64,000 nt of DNA from Tubiluchus corallicola (taxonomy: Eukaryota > Animalia > Priapulida). A program made the position numbers and the translations under genes. Under the pieces are notes generated by a model, which saw only the letters and a list, made by a program, of their open reading frames with translations, did not search any database and had not been told where the DNA came from. This document shows, piece after piece, positions 38,701-50,502 of this stretch. How positions within the stretch are numbered: the first letter of the stretch is position 1; every line of letters begins with the position of its first letter. Location of the stretch: positions 273,877 to 337,876 of the forward strand of contig JAQGDQ010000167.1 in the NCBI GenBank assembly GCA_030141605.1. The letters run 5' to 3'.

Positions 38701-41700
38701 ATTAATTTTCTGCAATTCATTTAAAACCTGAAATAATCAGTGAGTAACTGGCTAATGTCTGTTTCAAATCCAGGCTGATTTGATGTGGTTTAGATAGTTC
38801 ATATCTAAACTGTGTCCAAAATTTTTCACTTTTATTGTCAATTATAAAAACAATTTTAAATTAAAATCAGTGTCAGTAAACTCTGCAAACGTACATCTTA
38901 TTACCTATTTCTATCCTCGTCAGCATGACCAAGCCACAAGCGTTGCACCGACGGTACGCTCCATTCAAGCGCGACTGCGTCCACTGCATCACAACTCATA
39001 CCTTTCTTCTTGTAAACCCATTCCTTGATCGTGATTCTTGGAACATCTGCAACAATGTTCACTGCTGATGTTCAATGTTCACTGTTCATGTTGCTTCTGT
39101 GCTAAATGTGGCACTTCGCTGTTAATGCTTACAAGTTTATTATGAATTTACCTTGGTGGTGCTACAGTAAGTTTTTTCTTATAGTATTAAGAATAACTGC
39201 ACACATAGATAATGATATATACATTGAGTGTTAATGTATATACTAGTACATGTAAAAATGTACTAACAAGGGCTATCAGTATACCAATATCTTATCATAC
39301 AAAGACGTGTAAATATCAAGTCATATTAGTAAGTTACAAAAACCGTATTGCTGTTCAAAGACAAAGTTATTGTAGGCTTTATGCTGATATGTAGGTTTCA
39401 TTCAGCGTATCAGTTTTACGATACACATCAGCATATTTCTCCAAATCTCTTTTCCCATATTATTTGAATTTAATACTATCCACTGCACAGAGATAGAACC
39501 GAGAAAAATTTCTTAAAACTACCAAAGTAACGAAGTTAAAAAAATCTTCCTTGTCACTAAATGCTATTAGAATAAAACATTTTAAAAAGAAAATGGAGAG
39601 ATGCAAATAGGTATAAATGCACATAGATGGGAGGTAGGTAGGTAGGCAGGCAGGCAGGTAAGAACATTAAGTAAGCTAAATACATTGATCCAAAAACAAT
39701 GAGATTTCAAATGTTTGCTGTTTGCAGCTAGCAATCAACCAGACAAAAAATGTCACAATTAAGAGCCAAGGGAAAACTTGTCAATGCAGTACTCATCAGA
39801 TCACCTGTGGCAAGTGCAAGGCCCTTAATCAAAACTAGTACCGAAGTTCTGGCAGTGCCAACCTGAAGAAAACCGACATATTAATCAACCCTCACCTAAT
39901 TTCTCTGTTTCCTTTTCCTTGTGCAGCGGATAACCACCACTAGGAGGCGGAGTTGATGGTCGCTCTCCGGACTCCGTCTCTTTTTGTTCTTGCAACTTTT
40001 TGCGCGCCAAAAACATGTGATGATTAAGGTTAAACAAAATAGCATAAACACTCTGACGGAGCGGGCGGTAGACTTCTAACACAGAGGGCAAGTCATGGGA
40101 GACCTCTTCCTCCAAACAAATGGACAGCTTCAGCTCCCCCTGTTGGGGAAATAGAAAAATAAATTGCCATCAGATTATTGCTCAACCTATAATTTTCAAT
40201 GACTAGTTACACAAAAACACATCAACTTGCAAAGATTATAAGTATATTGCTACAGATAAAAATGTCGCAATAGTAATATAAGAGAAATCTTGGTGTAGAA
40301 TTTTAAGATATCTGGCAAACACACCATTGCACATACTTTAGCACATCTGTGAATTCACCAGTAATACAGCGAAAAACTAGCGAGCAGGAGAGGTGCTGCC
40401 ATCTAAACAGTGAAAACAGAACTAAAACACAAATACTTCCATTATTCAAGCTCAGTCAAGTCAAACAATTGTCTGTCACTTTTTTGCAGTGTTGCAATCT
40501 CAAAAACTCTGTACAATAGAACAAGTCAGTGGCTTAGCTGAAATTCAGCTGAATAGGTATTTCCAAGAAAGTGTTTGTACCCCAAAACACTTTCCTCAAA
40601 AACTCACTTCACAAATTTTTTCACAGAGTTGATTTCTATGATTGCAGAAATTACTGACACAGAACATCATAGTCTCAATTCTTTGCTTTACGAATTTCAT
40701 CAAAAGCAAAATTTGGCATTTTTGCCGACAACAACTTTTCACATTTTGCGCACGCAGTGGAGCCAAAAAAAGTTTATACTTGTGTCAAATGAGCGGTGAT
40801 TTTGTCGTCTACTTTTAAAGTCTCACAATGAAAATGAACAGTTTAAAAAAGCTTGTAGTCATTTAGAAGAAATCTTGAAATTTTATATCACTTATGCTGT
40901 CTTGTTGCGTACAGTGCTCACACTAGAAGTAAAGTTGTATGTATAAAAGTTGTAAATTTAAACTCTTAAGATGGCACAGCCATTTTACAGGTAAATCGCT
41001 AGAAAAAAGTTTAGATAACACTGGGTAAAACATGAAAAAAATATTCAGAGCATTCGCAGCATACTAGTTCAAAGTACTTTATTTGTCAATATGATCAATA
41101 AAGTGTTTTTTGGTGAATCAGTGAATCATACTGGGATGGTGATGCAGCGCCTTTTAACCGGGTAGCTTAAATATTTCAAATTTTTAAGAATTTTCTCTTC
41201 CAATTACGCAAGTCTTTCAAACAGGTAAGTATAATGCTAAGTAATATAACTTTGCAAGGAAACTTCTTTGGGATATACGTGAAAATTCTCTTTTCTTTCT
41301 CTTTAAAGAGAAACGACAAGTACGCAAGCATCTCAGGACAGGTGAGTGATTGCACCTGAGCTTGGTCATTTCTCCCCATCTTCTTATGTACGTTTCATAC
41401 TTTCCCACTCACTCTCTCTTTATTCACTCTCATATTCCCTCTCCTGCTCCAACTATCTATGGCCACTTTCCATTCCTCTCGCTCACAAGTTTAAAGATCG
41501 CTAATTTTTTTTTCTGGCAAACATCTATCTTTTTTGGGAAACAAACTCACGATACTCACCTGTGACAAAACTTGATAGATCCACGGCGCCATCAACCCTT
41601 TCTGATGACGCTGGCTAGAAATGCGTACCACTTCTGGCGGAATCTTTGGAAGAGAATATTCAGATCCCTACAAAAGAAAAACAAATTATTCAGCACCAAG

Positions 41701-44700
41701 GCCACTGCAGAACTTCTGGCAACACATCGCATTTTTGAATAAAAACCTATAAAAGTATCCCAGACTCCACAACTGATTATTGGGTAGCGTAGCATTGGGA
41801 CGTCGCAGGTTCAACACTCAACCAAGTCGTACCAGATTTAAAAAATGGTACCGCTCTGTTCTACGACCAAGCACTCAGATTTATCGAAATAACATGCAGG
41901 TAAAAACAACCGGGACCACCTTGGAAATAAGTATTGAAAAAATTAAGGTGATATCCTTGGATTATGTCCTAGACGAAATTATTATTATTATTATTATTAT
42001 TATGATCTGTTATTAGTCACATACTTGTGCGGCTTTCATGTCACCTAAAAGCATCTTCAGAATCTCAGTTCTGATAACATACATAATAAATCTCACATCT
42101 ACACAGAAAGGTACTTTTTTGTATGTACCACACAGAATTTTGTTGCTGTAAAAATTTTATTATTTTACCTCAATATGCAATGATGCTGACAACAATAACA
42201 ACAGCAATATTTAGTAAAAAAATAAGTTTTTCAGCATAATGCACAACAAGAATAAAATCACAATTACAGCTTTATTACATGAACAACTACGTTTTTTAGA
42301 TTCTGCACCTCTTTTTACTGTTAGTTCAAATTTTGTTACACGACAAATGGCGTTACCTTCTGGTGAGGAGAATGTGGCTGTCTATGCTGTATCTGTGGCT
42401 TTGCTTGCGGGTGAGCATAACCACCTCCACCAGCCTCGGGACTGAGTCGATGATTCGGAGTGGAGTTGCCACTATCTGAAGAGCTGAATGTCAGATCGTT
42501 CATCTGCCTCGACAAAGCTGCAAATGTCAAATGGCATGTTAAAAATTGACAGTCGCCAACGCTTAAACGAATCGAAATCACTACGGCAAGCTTTTTAAGT
42601 GACATTGCAATCAGACTAATTAAAAAAATTTATTCAAATCAATCGCTTCATACAAATGAAAATGCCACTGAAAATAATGTCATCTCCTGTTCCATCTTAC
42701 AAATTCATAACCTGACATACCTTTCCTCAAAACAGACAGACCTGACATAGAGAAAATAGTTCAACAACAACAATAACAAAAAATTGGGTATGCTTGGTGA
42801 GATTAAATCAAATATAATACATTTCTCTAACACAAATATGCCACTTCAATTTTGTTGTTCCTAAGTTAAAGGAAGATGGGACGATTTTTCATATACTACC
42901 CCTTTTTCAATTTCGATAAAAAGTAAACGTTTTAACACAATGAATACTGCAAAAGCATTTCTGATAAATAAATAATAGTTTAAGAACTTAATTAATGGCG
43001 GGCGAGTTCAACTATTGATGACATCACAAACTAACATAATTTTTAACAGCAAAAATATTCCACGAGTGTGTTGCGAAAACAGAAATTGAAGTACAGTGCT
43101 ACTGTAAGATAATCAGTGTGTTGTGCTAAAACTAGGCAAGTTTTAAGATAAAAATTCAAATTTGAAATTTACCACTGTGTTCACGCATGAGCTGTCGAAT
43201 GTGTGTAGTTCGTCACAAACTAACACATCTGAACCAAGAGGTAAAGCACGTTTTTTCTGTGCAATGCGTTTCCGAAATGCAGGCACTAGTGCCCATCTAA
43301 CTAGCGAATGGCAAAATGCATGTAACAGCGAAGAACTGTGAGGTAACAATTCTTTCATATCACTTTTGAAAAAATAGAATGTTTCCCTTCAATATTTTAA
43401 AGAGTAGACTCCTTTGACCTACAATTTAAGATTGGGTCTGGGTTTGCTTCAAAATAACTCACCGGGAATCTGTCCATCTCCAGCGCCAAAGCTGTTATTA
43501 TAGAGGCCGCCACCATCCATCACATCCATTCCAAATCCCATCTGTGTCAATAAATTTAAAATTACAATTAAAACCGACTGCCTCCTATAATGTTTTCTTT
43601 TCTTACGTAAACTAAGACTAAATAAGGGAAAATTAGTCTTAGTGCATGATAATTTTCATTACTAGATTTTATGTTCCGATCAAATGTCTTTGTCCTTTTG
43701 TCTTTTTATTACATTACAAATCACAGCCAATTATAACAAATGTAACATAAGAAATAATTTAACATAACTTACGCGTGCTTCTATGGAATCGTGAGACATA
43801 CGCTGTCGCATCTCTGCATTAAATCTTTCCATACCAGTCTGACCTCCCGGAGGTTCTATGACTATCTGTGGAGCTCCAGCAGCTCCGTACCCCATACCTC
43901 CTGAACTGTACATACTCATCCCACCAAACTATAATTTAATAAAAAATTAATGTTGGTCACCAAATTTATATTATTATTATTATTATTGAGTTTATTTCGT
44001 ATACAACTCGAAATAAATTCCAAATTCGAAAAAATAATTGTACAAGCTGACACAAGGCAACATAAACAACAAGAACAGCACACACAAGACTAACATAACA
44101 TCTTTTGGATATAGTTTCATTTTTACAGCAGCAGCAAAGATATGAGAATCGTATTTTAGTGTGCACTCTGAGATATTCCTGTCTAAGTGTATGGATTCTA
44201 CACTTACAGTATCTTACTGTGAAAATTCATACGGAATAAACAGACCTTTGTGAGTATCACAATTAGCAAAGATTTTACAGTTTGGTGTTTGTGACTTTCT
44301 GTACAATTACAATTTTAAATGTAAATAAATTTAAAAAAATCAAGTTATTAAATGTATGCAAAAGAAGATTTTACAGTTTGATGTTTGTGATTTTCTGTAC
44401 AATTACAATTTTAAATGTAAATAAATTAAAAAAATCAAGTTATTAAATGTATGCAAAAGTAAGGCAAAGCAGAGGCTAATTAGTAAATGGATGGGTGACT
44501 GCCCAAAAAGTTGCAAATGTAACCAAGAATCTCTTCCAGGACAAAAACTCATCTTAGCTTATACTTTGTACAGCATTTAAAAGCCCAGCCTTCGATGCGT
44601 TTTACAGCAATCAAGCTGTTTTGGAATTGAGTTCAGAACTATGGTTTAATAGTTCTGTATTAGTTTCCTAGCATTTTTATTTCAGGAAGTTAGTCAGATT

Positions 44701-47700
44701 ACAGTGATTTCTGATTTTCGTACAACACTAGATATAACATATTTTCAACTAATGCAAGATATCACTCAGACAAGCACAGTCAAGCATGGGAATTTTACTC
44801 AAAAAACAGTGATAATCCTAAAGGGCTAGCCTATGTTACAACCCGGACCCCTAGTGTGTCTTTAAGAGTCATCATAAGTGTAAAGAGACACAGAGTTGAA
44901 CACCGGGGACTGTTGGGACATTCATCGCATTTTCATAATTGATTGATCAGACAGAAAACCGATTCATAATTGATTTACAGGCGCATTTTAGGTGAAATTA
45001 GGCACACATGGAAAATATGAGCACTGCGCGTATAAGAAACCTTTGCATCTAGGTGCCAACACGTTAATCTACTGCGCAAAGGTAGTGCCATATTACTTCA
45101 TTTTACGACAATGATGGCTACATTCGTGTTTACCGTTTTGAGCATTTTCTGAAAATAAGTTGTAAATCGTATTAGCTCTTAGTAGTACAATCGATTTGAA
45201 TCAGTGCGAAATAAAAGATGAAATAGATCATAAATGATTATTCATCCCCAGGACCTCAACAATGTGCTGGTAAATTATTAAGCCTAAAATTAGAAATTCT
45301 CAATTGCTAATTAGAATTTCAAGAACTAAAAATTAGTACATTACAATTACAAACCCTATTTCCAGTGAATTGACTGGGATCCATCATCTGTCCGGGCATA
45401 AGACCAAGAAGAGGCGGAATATGAGACGTACCACCTCCAGTACCTGCACCACCTCCTAATCCTCCGCTCTGAGTCTTAGTTTGAGTTCTTTGCACAGCAG
45501 TCGGATCCATGCGGCGACCTGAAATAGTGAGAGTGAAAGAAGGTATCTTTCTTATTTTACTTAAAAACTAATTATAAAATAAATGTTATAAGTCATTGAT
45601 TTACAATAAAACTATATTAAATAAAACACCTAACTGTCTTTAGACCTAAAACTGACGTAAAATAGACGAGATGTAAAAGAAACGTTAGACTACAACTTAC
45701 GCTACTAAATACAACTTACACAACAAAATACAATTTACACTATTAAATACAAGATACAAGACTACAAAATACAATTTACACTATCAAATACAAGATACAC
45801 GTCTACAAAATAAAATTTACACTATTAAATACAAGATACACCACAAAATACAATTTACGCTATTAAATACAAGATGCACTGCAAAATACAATTTACAGTA
45901 TTAAATACAAGATACACCACAAAATACAATTTACACTATTAAATACAAGATACACTACAAAATACAATTTACACTGCTAAATACAAGATACACTACAAAT
46001 ACAATTTACACTGCTAAATACAAGTTGCACTACAAAATACAATTTACACTATTAAATACAAGCCACACTAAAAAATACAATTTTACACTATTAAATACAA
46101 GTGTAGACTATAACACCCCTCCCCCCGAAGTTTATTGATCCCTTTTTGAGTCCCAGGCGTTTATCGACCCCTTGGATAGTCCCCTTGACTACTTTAGAGA
46201 CCCCTGATTTAAATTAAAAATTAATTGTACGAACCTCCATGAATTTTCGTGTGATACTGAAGGAAGCCTTCCTTTGTTCCAGAGTTATAATACTGAACTG
46301 AGTTTCTAAGCTTTGCAATAAATGGATCTTTGTCTTTGCCCATTGTCTTGAAAACTAAATCGCCGACAGCTTCCAAGTTGTCTGTTGATGGCAGAGCGCG
46401 CACAAAAGCAACGACCGCACGGATGAGTTTTTCATTATTTTCAAGGCCCTAAAAGCAGACAAAAAAATTGAGCATTTTACGATTAGAAATCCAAATACGA
46501 ACAAATAATCAATAAACTTCATCCTTCTTATTTAACCCTTAGCCGACCAAGGTGGAGTAAAAAAAACTACCCCAGGAGTGTTTGCTCACATTATTTATAT
46601 TGATGTACACAACGAAAAATTTTCAAACTAGTGGTGATTAAATATTTTTAGATTTCTTATGCAACAATGCTTTGGTTTTGTTGAAAAGTAGTATTCGTGC
46701 TTTTTCACAAAGCACGAGTCCCAGTTACTACCTGATGTGGGTTAACTTATTAACCCCCTTGGTCTTTTATGTAGGCAAAATTTTGGAATTTACTTTGCGA
46801 TATTTTTCTTTCTGGCAGCATCATGTGTTTACTTTCAAAACTGAGAAGTGCTGCAAACCTCCAATTTGGCCTACAGTTCTGCAAAGAGATTTTTCTAACG
46901 GTCTATTGAGAAATTTAAGTTTGGAGACATTCTTCATTTAGTAATATGGCAGGAACTTTACCTGTACAGATGACTAAGCTTGCAGCTGATGAAGATAAAA
47001 TTTTAGAAGATTCAGCAAGTGAAGGGTAAGTGGATATCTTAGAATTAAACAACGAACATCATTAAGCTATTATAAAAATTTTTACAAGACTTGAAAAAAC
47101 CAAGCATAAATAATATAGCATAAAAATATAGTGCAATGGTGGAAAGCCACTTTTAATCCTTGATGCCCTCATATATCTTGCCTCAGAACTTGGTTTTGTA
47201 CTAACAGGAGCACCTCAATTACCAGCTGGTCATTCTGTCCAGTTAGTAACACAGTTATTAAGCAAAACTTTCATGGGGTAATTTTTTACGCCACATGGTC
47301 TTTATTGTAATATAAAAAACCCTTGGTCAGCTAGGGGTTAATTATATTAACAGCTAGTGACACGGCAAAACCAAGAATAAACTTCCCGACAGTGTTTGTG
47401 AACATACTGCACATAATGCAATGTCTTATTAAGTAACCTGCTGTTATTAATTTATCCTTAGTTTCAAGACTACCCCGTAGACATTTATATTAACCAATTT
47501 CCTACTAAACAGGTATGAAATCACCAACCATTGTTAAGTGATAGCAGACATTGCGGCATTATCGCAGACATTACATACTCTGCTTTTCAAAGAATTTGTG
47601 ATTTACAAATCCTTGTAATAGCAATTCAAAGATTACTGTGAGTTCAGATACTATCTAGCAAAGCAGAATCTCACTAGAGTCGCAAACTCTTCCTGCCCCA

Positions 47701-50502
47701 ATAAATGTACATCACAACTCACAGTTTAGTAAATTCGAGTTAACTTAAAGGCTTATAACACCAAAAGACAATAAAGTTTATTTAATGCATTTTTAATGAC
47801 TACACAAAAAGAACTCATGGTTATTATTAAACAAAAGAGATTTATAAATTAAAGAACGTACCCTTTTCTAGCAAATTTCGAACGCGTGCATTGCCGTAAA
47901 GATTGCCATGTTTCGCGTTTTTGGCGCGAGTGAGAATGACGTACGAGGTAAGTTATCGATGCTTGTTTACCAATCTTTGGTGACCTTATGACTGTACTCA
48001 TAACGTCATTTGTTTCGTGCAATGAAAAACGGTGGTTCTTCAAATTTAATACCGTATTCGTAATGAAAGTAGAATTTTATGTTGTAAAAGCTTAAATATT
48101 ACAGTGAAGGTTTAGTTTGACGTCAAAAAAATGGTTAATGCAACAAACTGGCTTGCACATAGTAAAAACACGTGTAGCAAGAAATAAATGCAGAGATTAT
48201 GCCTTTAACAATATTCATAGCAGAAACCAAAATATAAGGTTTTTCCGTGATAGTACCACAGTATAGTACCATCTGTTGACAAAATGCACGCTTTTGCAGA
48301 AGAATGTTCATCTGTTACCTTCAATTCGTCATCATCTTGAGATAGCAGCATTTTGTGAAAATCTGTCAGACATTCTTCTGCCAAAATGTGGTTACCTAAC
48401 AGAAAAATTTGAAGAAGATGCCTTATAATTAAGTTTGTGCAAACGTACAATGTTCATTCAGAAACCCACAAATCTAAAATAATACATAATGCAAACCCAT
48501 CAAGAAACAAACTGTAACAGCAGAATGGCGGTTGCTAAGCAACAGCACCAGCTGATTGAGCAAAATGCCAGATCAATAATTACAAATAAAGCTAAACAGC
48601 CACAAATGTGTTTAAATTTCTATAAGGGTCAGTTTAAATATTGATTTTAACAGACAAATCTCTTTAATTATGTAAAATAATTTCATAGTTACGCTAATAA
48701 GTACTAAAAAAATTTCAAATGACAATTATAGTCCTGCACTGAAACTTCTGGCAATTAACAGAATCAAATTAATACAAAGCAAGTTTTATACGATAGATGA
48801 GTTCCTATGCCCTAAAATGTAAATTTTATTATCTATAATAAATTTACTAAAATTGCTGGTATTATTAACCCATGAAGTTTATTAATGATCTGCAATGACA
48901 TTACCAGTACTAGATGATTCCCCTCTTCTTTTGAGGAAAAACACGAAACTTGTTAAAAACAGTGGCCCAGTTTGGCCTGTCTTAGCCTTAAATTTTCTTT
49001 CTAGTATACTAAACACTTTCACTGCAGGCTAACTGGTTGATTGAAAGTAAGAAGTACATGGCTAAGACATAAAAACTGTACATGTAAGAAGAAAGAAGAC
49101 TAAGATTCCAGCTAATTGACTTTTAACTGGCATTAGCTATTAATATTATAAGCATTAGTTTTTTTATGATGTTATTTATGTTGTAGTTTAATATTTATAA
49201 CCAGGGCTACTATTTCTGCTAAAAAGCTCAAGAACTTGGCAGTAAGCTTTTGGGCTGGTATCACTTGTCCTTACTTCCTGTTTCAAGCCTTGTGTTATGT
49301 TGATTAACTGTTTGAGTAATGAGTATGGTATTTTGTTTTAACTCACGTTTGCAGCTACCCCTATCATTTTGACACTTACTATTGCTTTGATTTTGGTAGC
49401 TGTTGTGTAAGGAACTCAAAACTGGATGGTATCATACACTCATCTCTAAACAACTCTTTTTTGTGACACTTGCACTTTTAACTAGAATGATTATAACGAT
49501 TTGATACATTATGCACACTATATACACATAAAGCAAAAACAAATAGGCATCGATAACTAAGGGTACTAGTATCATGCTGTAGAAAATTAATTATTTGCAG
49601 TGCTTTGTCAGGCTAGGTCTAACTACTGCTAAATTATCCAAGTGAATAAAGCACTTACAGCAAACTTTCACAAGATGAAAACAACCTTATTCTCCTGATA
49701 TAATTATCAAATAAAATGATAAGTGTAAAACAGAGGCTTGATCTATTTGAATTTGATAAAAAAGGCAAAATGTCAAACCTAATAAAGAGGCAAATAAGCA
49801 GAATCTGTTAGGATGCAAGTCTAGCGTCTTGGCCACCTCGTCCATGATGTACTCCTTTGTTTCTAAGTTTCCTTTAAATGTTAGTTTCAGCTGTTGTGAT
49901 GAAAAGTAACGCGGCGGATCAAAGATGGCATATTCTGAATCTTGCGCAAGCAAACCAAAAAAGTTGTTTTCCCTGCAGCAAGCAATTACCTCTTGATGAT
50001 GATCATCCATTGAGTATAAAACTGAGACCCCTAGATATTGAAGAGCAAGACGAATGCTTGTATGAAGTGCTGGAGGAGGGACCCACCATATTTTTGGCGG
50101 TGGTGTGCCCTTGTTGTAAATATGCTTAATAACTTGTGCAATTTTACGACGATAATCAGATTGCAGCTTTCCATATTCACTGAACCGTGCTTGTTCTATC
50201 GCCCCATTAAAATAGACGTATAATTCAATAGCTCCACTTGTGTAGCATGTTTGAACCAAAATAGCCAGAAACTGAACCATGCGATTCCATTGTCCCCCAC
50301 AGATCCAATCGGAAAAGAAACCTCCATAAAGTCTATCTAAACAACTTTCACCATCAACAACAAGTGCAAACTGTTCTGAATCTGGGGCACCAATTCGTTT
50401 CTTGGTCACAGCAATTCCACGTGCTAGACGAAGTAAATCTACACTGACGCAGGCATTTGGACAATGAGCCTCGATAAATTGCAGTAAATCGTAAACGCCC
50501 AT
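26457..50502 (-). CDS. FAM120A: FAM120A/OSSA-like (constitutive coactivator of PPAR-gamma-like) RNA-binding protein, complete, 18 coding exons, about 1096 aa
   Basis: N-terminal PIN-like region MGVYDLLQFIE...LVVDGESCLDRLYGGFFSDWICGGQWN...SMDDHHQEV, plus family motifs LFANDACGAPIP, PWLYFDGKLFHSRL and RGGKLEIAGVVVGNWG. The 18 GT-AG exons join in phase to 3291 nt. The exon 17 acceptor is uncertain. Confidence 0.92.
27181..27258. repeat. Three exact copies of a 25-bp unit
   Basis: tttcacacagtagcaaacaataggg x3. Confidence 0.95.
27325..27884. mobile_element. MITE with ~40-bp TIRs (copy 2), in the last FAM120A intron
   Basis: Right end tgccgacttatggacgattttggtttgcatgcacacat is the reverse complement of the family left end; aligns with 16995-17536. 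Confidence 0.75.
28109..28203 (-). CDS. FAM120A: FAM120A exon 17 (acceptor uncertain)
   Basis: GNKGKRNNKPGSKSAGGDAGRGRGCTVEADDG; donor gtatgt is clear; acceptor aaacag has a weak pyrimidine tract. Confidence 0.65.
28804..29246. mobile_element. Degenerate Tc1/mariner-like MITE
   Basis: Imperfect TIRs ccatatttactc / gagtaaatacgt. Confidence 0.45.
29270..29336 (-). CDS. FAM120A: FAM120A exon 16 (RGG-rich)
   Basis: RGGSRNFSSRARGGRPANVGRSQ; tctag / gtgtgt; phase fits. Confidence 0.78.
29964..30120 (-). CDS. FAM120A: FAM120A exon 15
   Basis: GPPVYAGKRSLLSRGGKLEIAGVVVGNWGANLPG...PQVTSVGGMR; taaag / gtcagt. Confidence 0.88.
30572..31580 (+). mobile_element. Internally deleted pogo/Tigger-type DNA transposon
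   Basis: TIRs cagtaggtgccacttaatagactca / tgagtctattaagcggcgtctactg; TA at the left flank; transposase C-terminal remnant at 31141-31305. Confidence 0.8.
32037..32673. mobile_element. piggyBac-like non-autonomous element
   Basis: TTAA on both sides; TIRs ctccttcaggaccg / cggtcctgaaagag. Confidence 0.78.
32807..32885 (-). ncRNA. SNORD31: Box C/D snoRNA, U31/SNORD31 homolog (copy 1), in the FAM120A intron after exon 14
   Basis: Minus strand agctaaa-ATGATGA-ttgattTACCGCCCCAGT-CTGA-tacag...ctgta-GTGACTGA-ctggtacat-CTGA-ggct: boxes C, D', C' and D, terminal stem, and a D' guide antisense to the LSU rRNA sequence ACTGGGGCGGTA. Confidence 0.88.
32930..33158 (-). CDS. FAM120A: FAM120A exon 14
   Basis: VEQVAKVERMRQAILQGL...SRGGRVAAMT; accag / gtatga. 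Confidence 0.88.
34639..34760 (+). mobile_element. tRNA-derived SINE head; related inverted copy at 38495-38616
   Basis: A-box-like tgacctaatag and B-box gttcaaatcc; both copies share tagtcta and aggtccctagttcaaa; no intact cloverleaf. Confidence 0.5.
34855..35061 (-). CDS. FAM120A: FAM120A exon 13
   Basis: LPMVTVRGVHLAALFMSGVEHALFANDACGAPIP...PWLYFDGKLFHSRL...LCEGQ; tttgcag / gtaatg. Confidence 0.93.
35836..35950 (-). CDS. FAM120A: FAM120A exon 12
   Basis: FMLQHPHRRILQKHELDAFLAQAVSPQL...NMK; ttttcag / gtacca. Confidence 0.9.
36175..36666. mobile_element. Tc1/pogo-type MITE
   Basis: TIR cagtggactctcgtta(c/t)aagaatcac at both ends, TA duplication, subterminal ataagaatc repeats. Confidence 0.88.
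37000..37075 (-). ncRNA. SNORD31: Box C/D snoRNA, U31/SNORD31 homolog (copy 2), in the FAM120A intron after exon 11
   Basis: Minus strand agcta-ATGATGA-ttaaatTACCGCCCCAGT-CTGA-tgcag...ctgta-CTGACTGA-ttggtctgt-CTGA-agct; same guide and box layout, agct/agct terminal stem. Confidence 0.88.
37980..38081 (-). CDS. FAM120A: FAM120A exon 11
   Basis: RRLRAFFSCMRSDVPLMLNSSYVPLQYILLCSVLR; tctag / gtttgt. Confidence 0.9.
38905..39046 (-). CDS. FAM120A: FAM120A exon 10
   Basis: DVPRITIKEWVYKKKG...VPSVQRLWLGHADEDRN; ttgcag / gtaata. Confidence 0.9.
39896..40139 (-). CDS. FAM120A: FAM120A exon 9
   Basis: GELKLSICLEEEVSHDLPSVLEVYRPLRQSVYAILFNL...EKL; caacag / gtgagg. Confidence 0.87.
41560..41667 (-). 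CDS. FAM120A: FAM120A exon 8
   Basis: GSEYSLPKIPPEVVRISSQRHQKGLMAPWIYQVLSQ; ttttgtag / gtgagt. Confidence 0.9.
41782..42003 (+). mobile_element. 5'-truncated tRNA-derived SINE with an (ATT)n tail
   Basis: B-box-like ggttcaacac, central gtcgtaccagatttaaaaaatggtacc...gcactcag segment and an (att)n 3' tail. Confidence 0.6.
42357..42517 (-). CDS. FAM120A: FAM120A exon 7
   Basis: ALSRQMNDLTFSSSDSGNSTPNHRLSPEAG...HSPHQK; tttgcag / gtaacg. Confidence 0.82.
43463..43541 (-). CDS. FAM120A: FAM120A exon 6
   Basis: MGFGMDVMDGGGLYNNSFGAGDGQIP; cacag / gtgagt; supplies the phase change needed between exons 5 and 7. Confidence 0.78.
43773..43928 (-). CDS. FAM120A: FAM120A exon 5
   Basis: FGGMSMYSSGGMGYG...HDSIEAR; attatag / gtaagt. 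Confidence 0.8.
44269..44459. repeat. Tandem duplication, 2 x ~96 bp
   Basis: aagattttacagtttg...aaatgtatgcaaaag at 44269 and 44365. Confidence 0.9.
45355..45518 (-). CDS. FAM120A: FAM120A exon 4 (Gly-rich, low complexity)
   Basis: GRRMDPTAVQ...GGGAGTGGG...QFTGNR; tttcag / gtttgt; phase-consistent. Confidence 0.8.
45685..46105. repeat. Minisatellite, ~38-bp unit
   Basis: tacaaaatacaatttacactattaaatacaagatacac repeated about 10 times. Confidence 0.9.
46235..46448 (-). CDS. FAM120A: FAM120A exon 3
   Basis: GLENNEKLIRAVVAFVRALP...RNSVQYYNSGTKEGFLQYHTKIHG; ttttag / gttcgt. Confidence 0.85.
46536..47337. mobile_element. piggyBac-like non-autonomous element
   Basis: TTAA on both sides; TIRs cccttagccgaccaagg / ccttggtcagctagggg. 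Confidence 0.82.
48319..48395 (-). CDS. FAM120A: FAM120A exon 2
   Basis: GNHILAEECLTDFHKMLLSQDDDELK; ctgttag / gtaaca. Confidence 0.88.
49779..50502 (-). CDS. FAM120A: FAM120A coding exon 1
   Basis: MGVYDLLQF...FCLFASLL, donor G|gtttga; 724 bp, phase 1. Confidence 0.93.

Noticed and set aside
39760-39805. CTGATGAG as a hammerhead ribozyme core (similar motifs near 11266 and 46986)
   Set aside because: No stem II followed by GAAA and no cleavage triplet in register.
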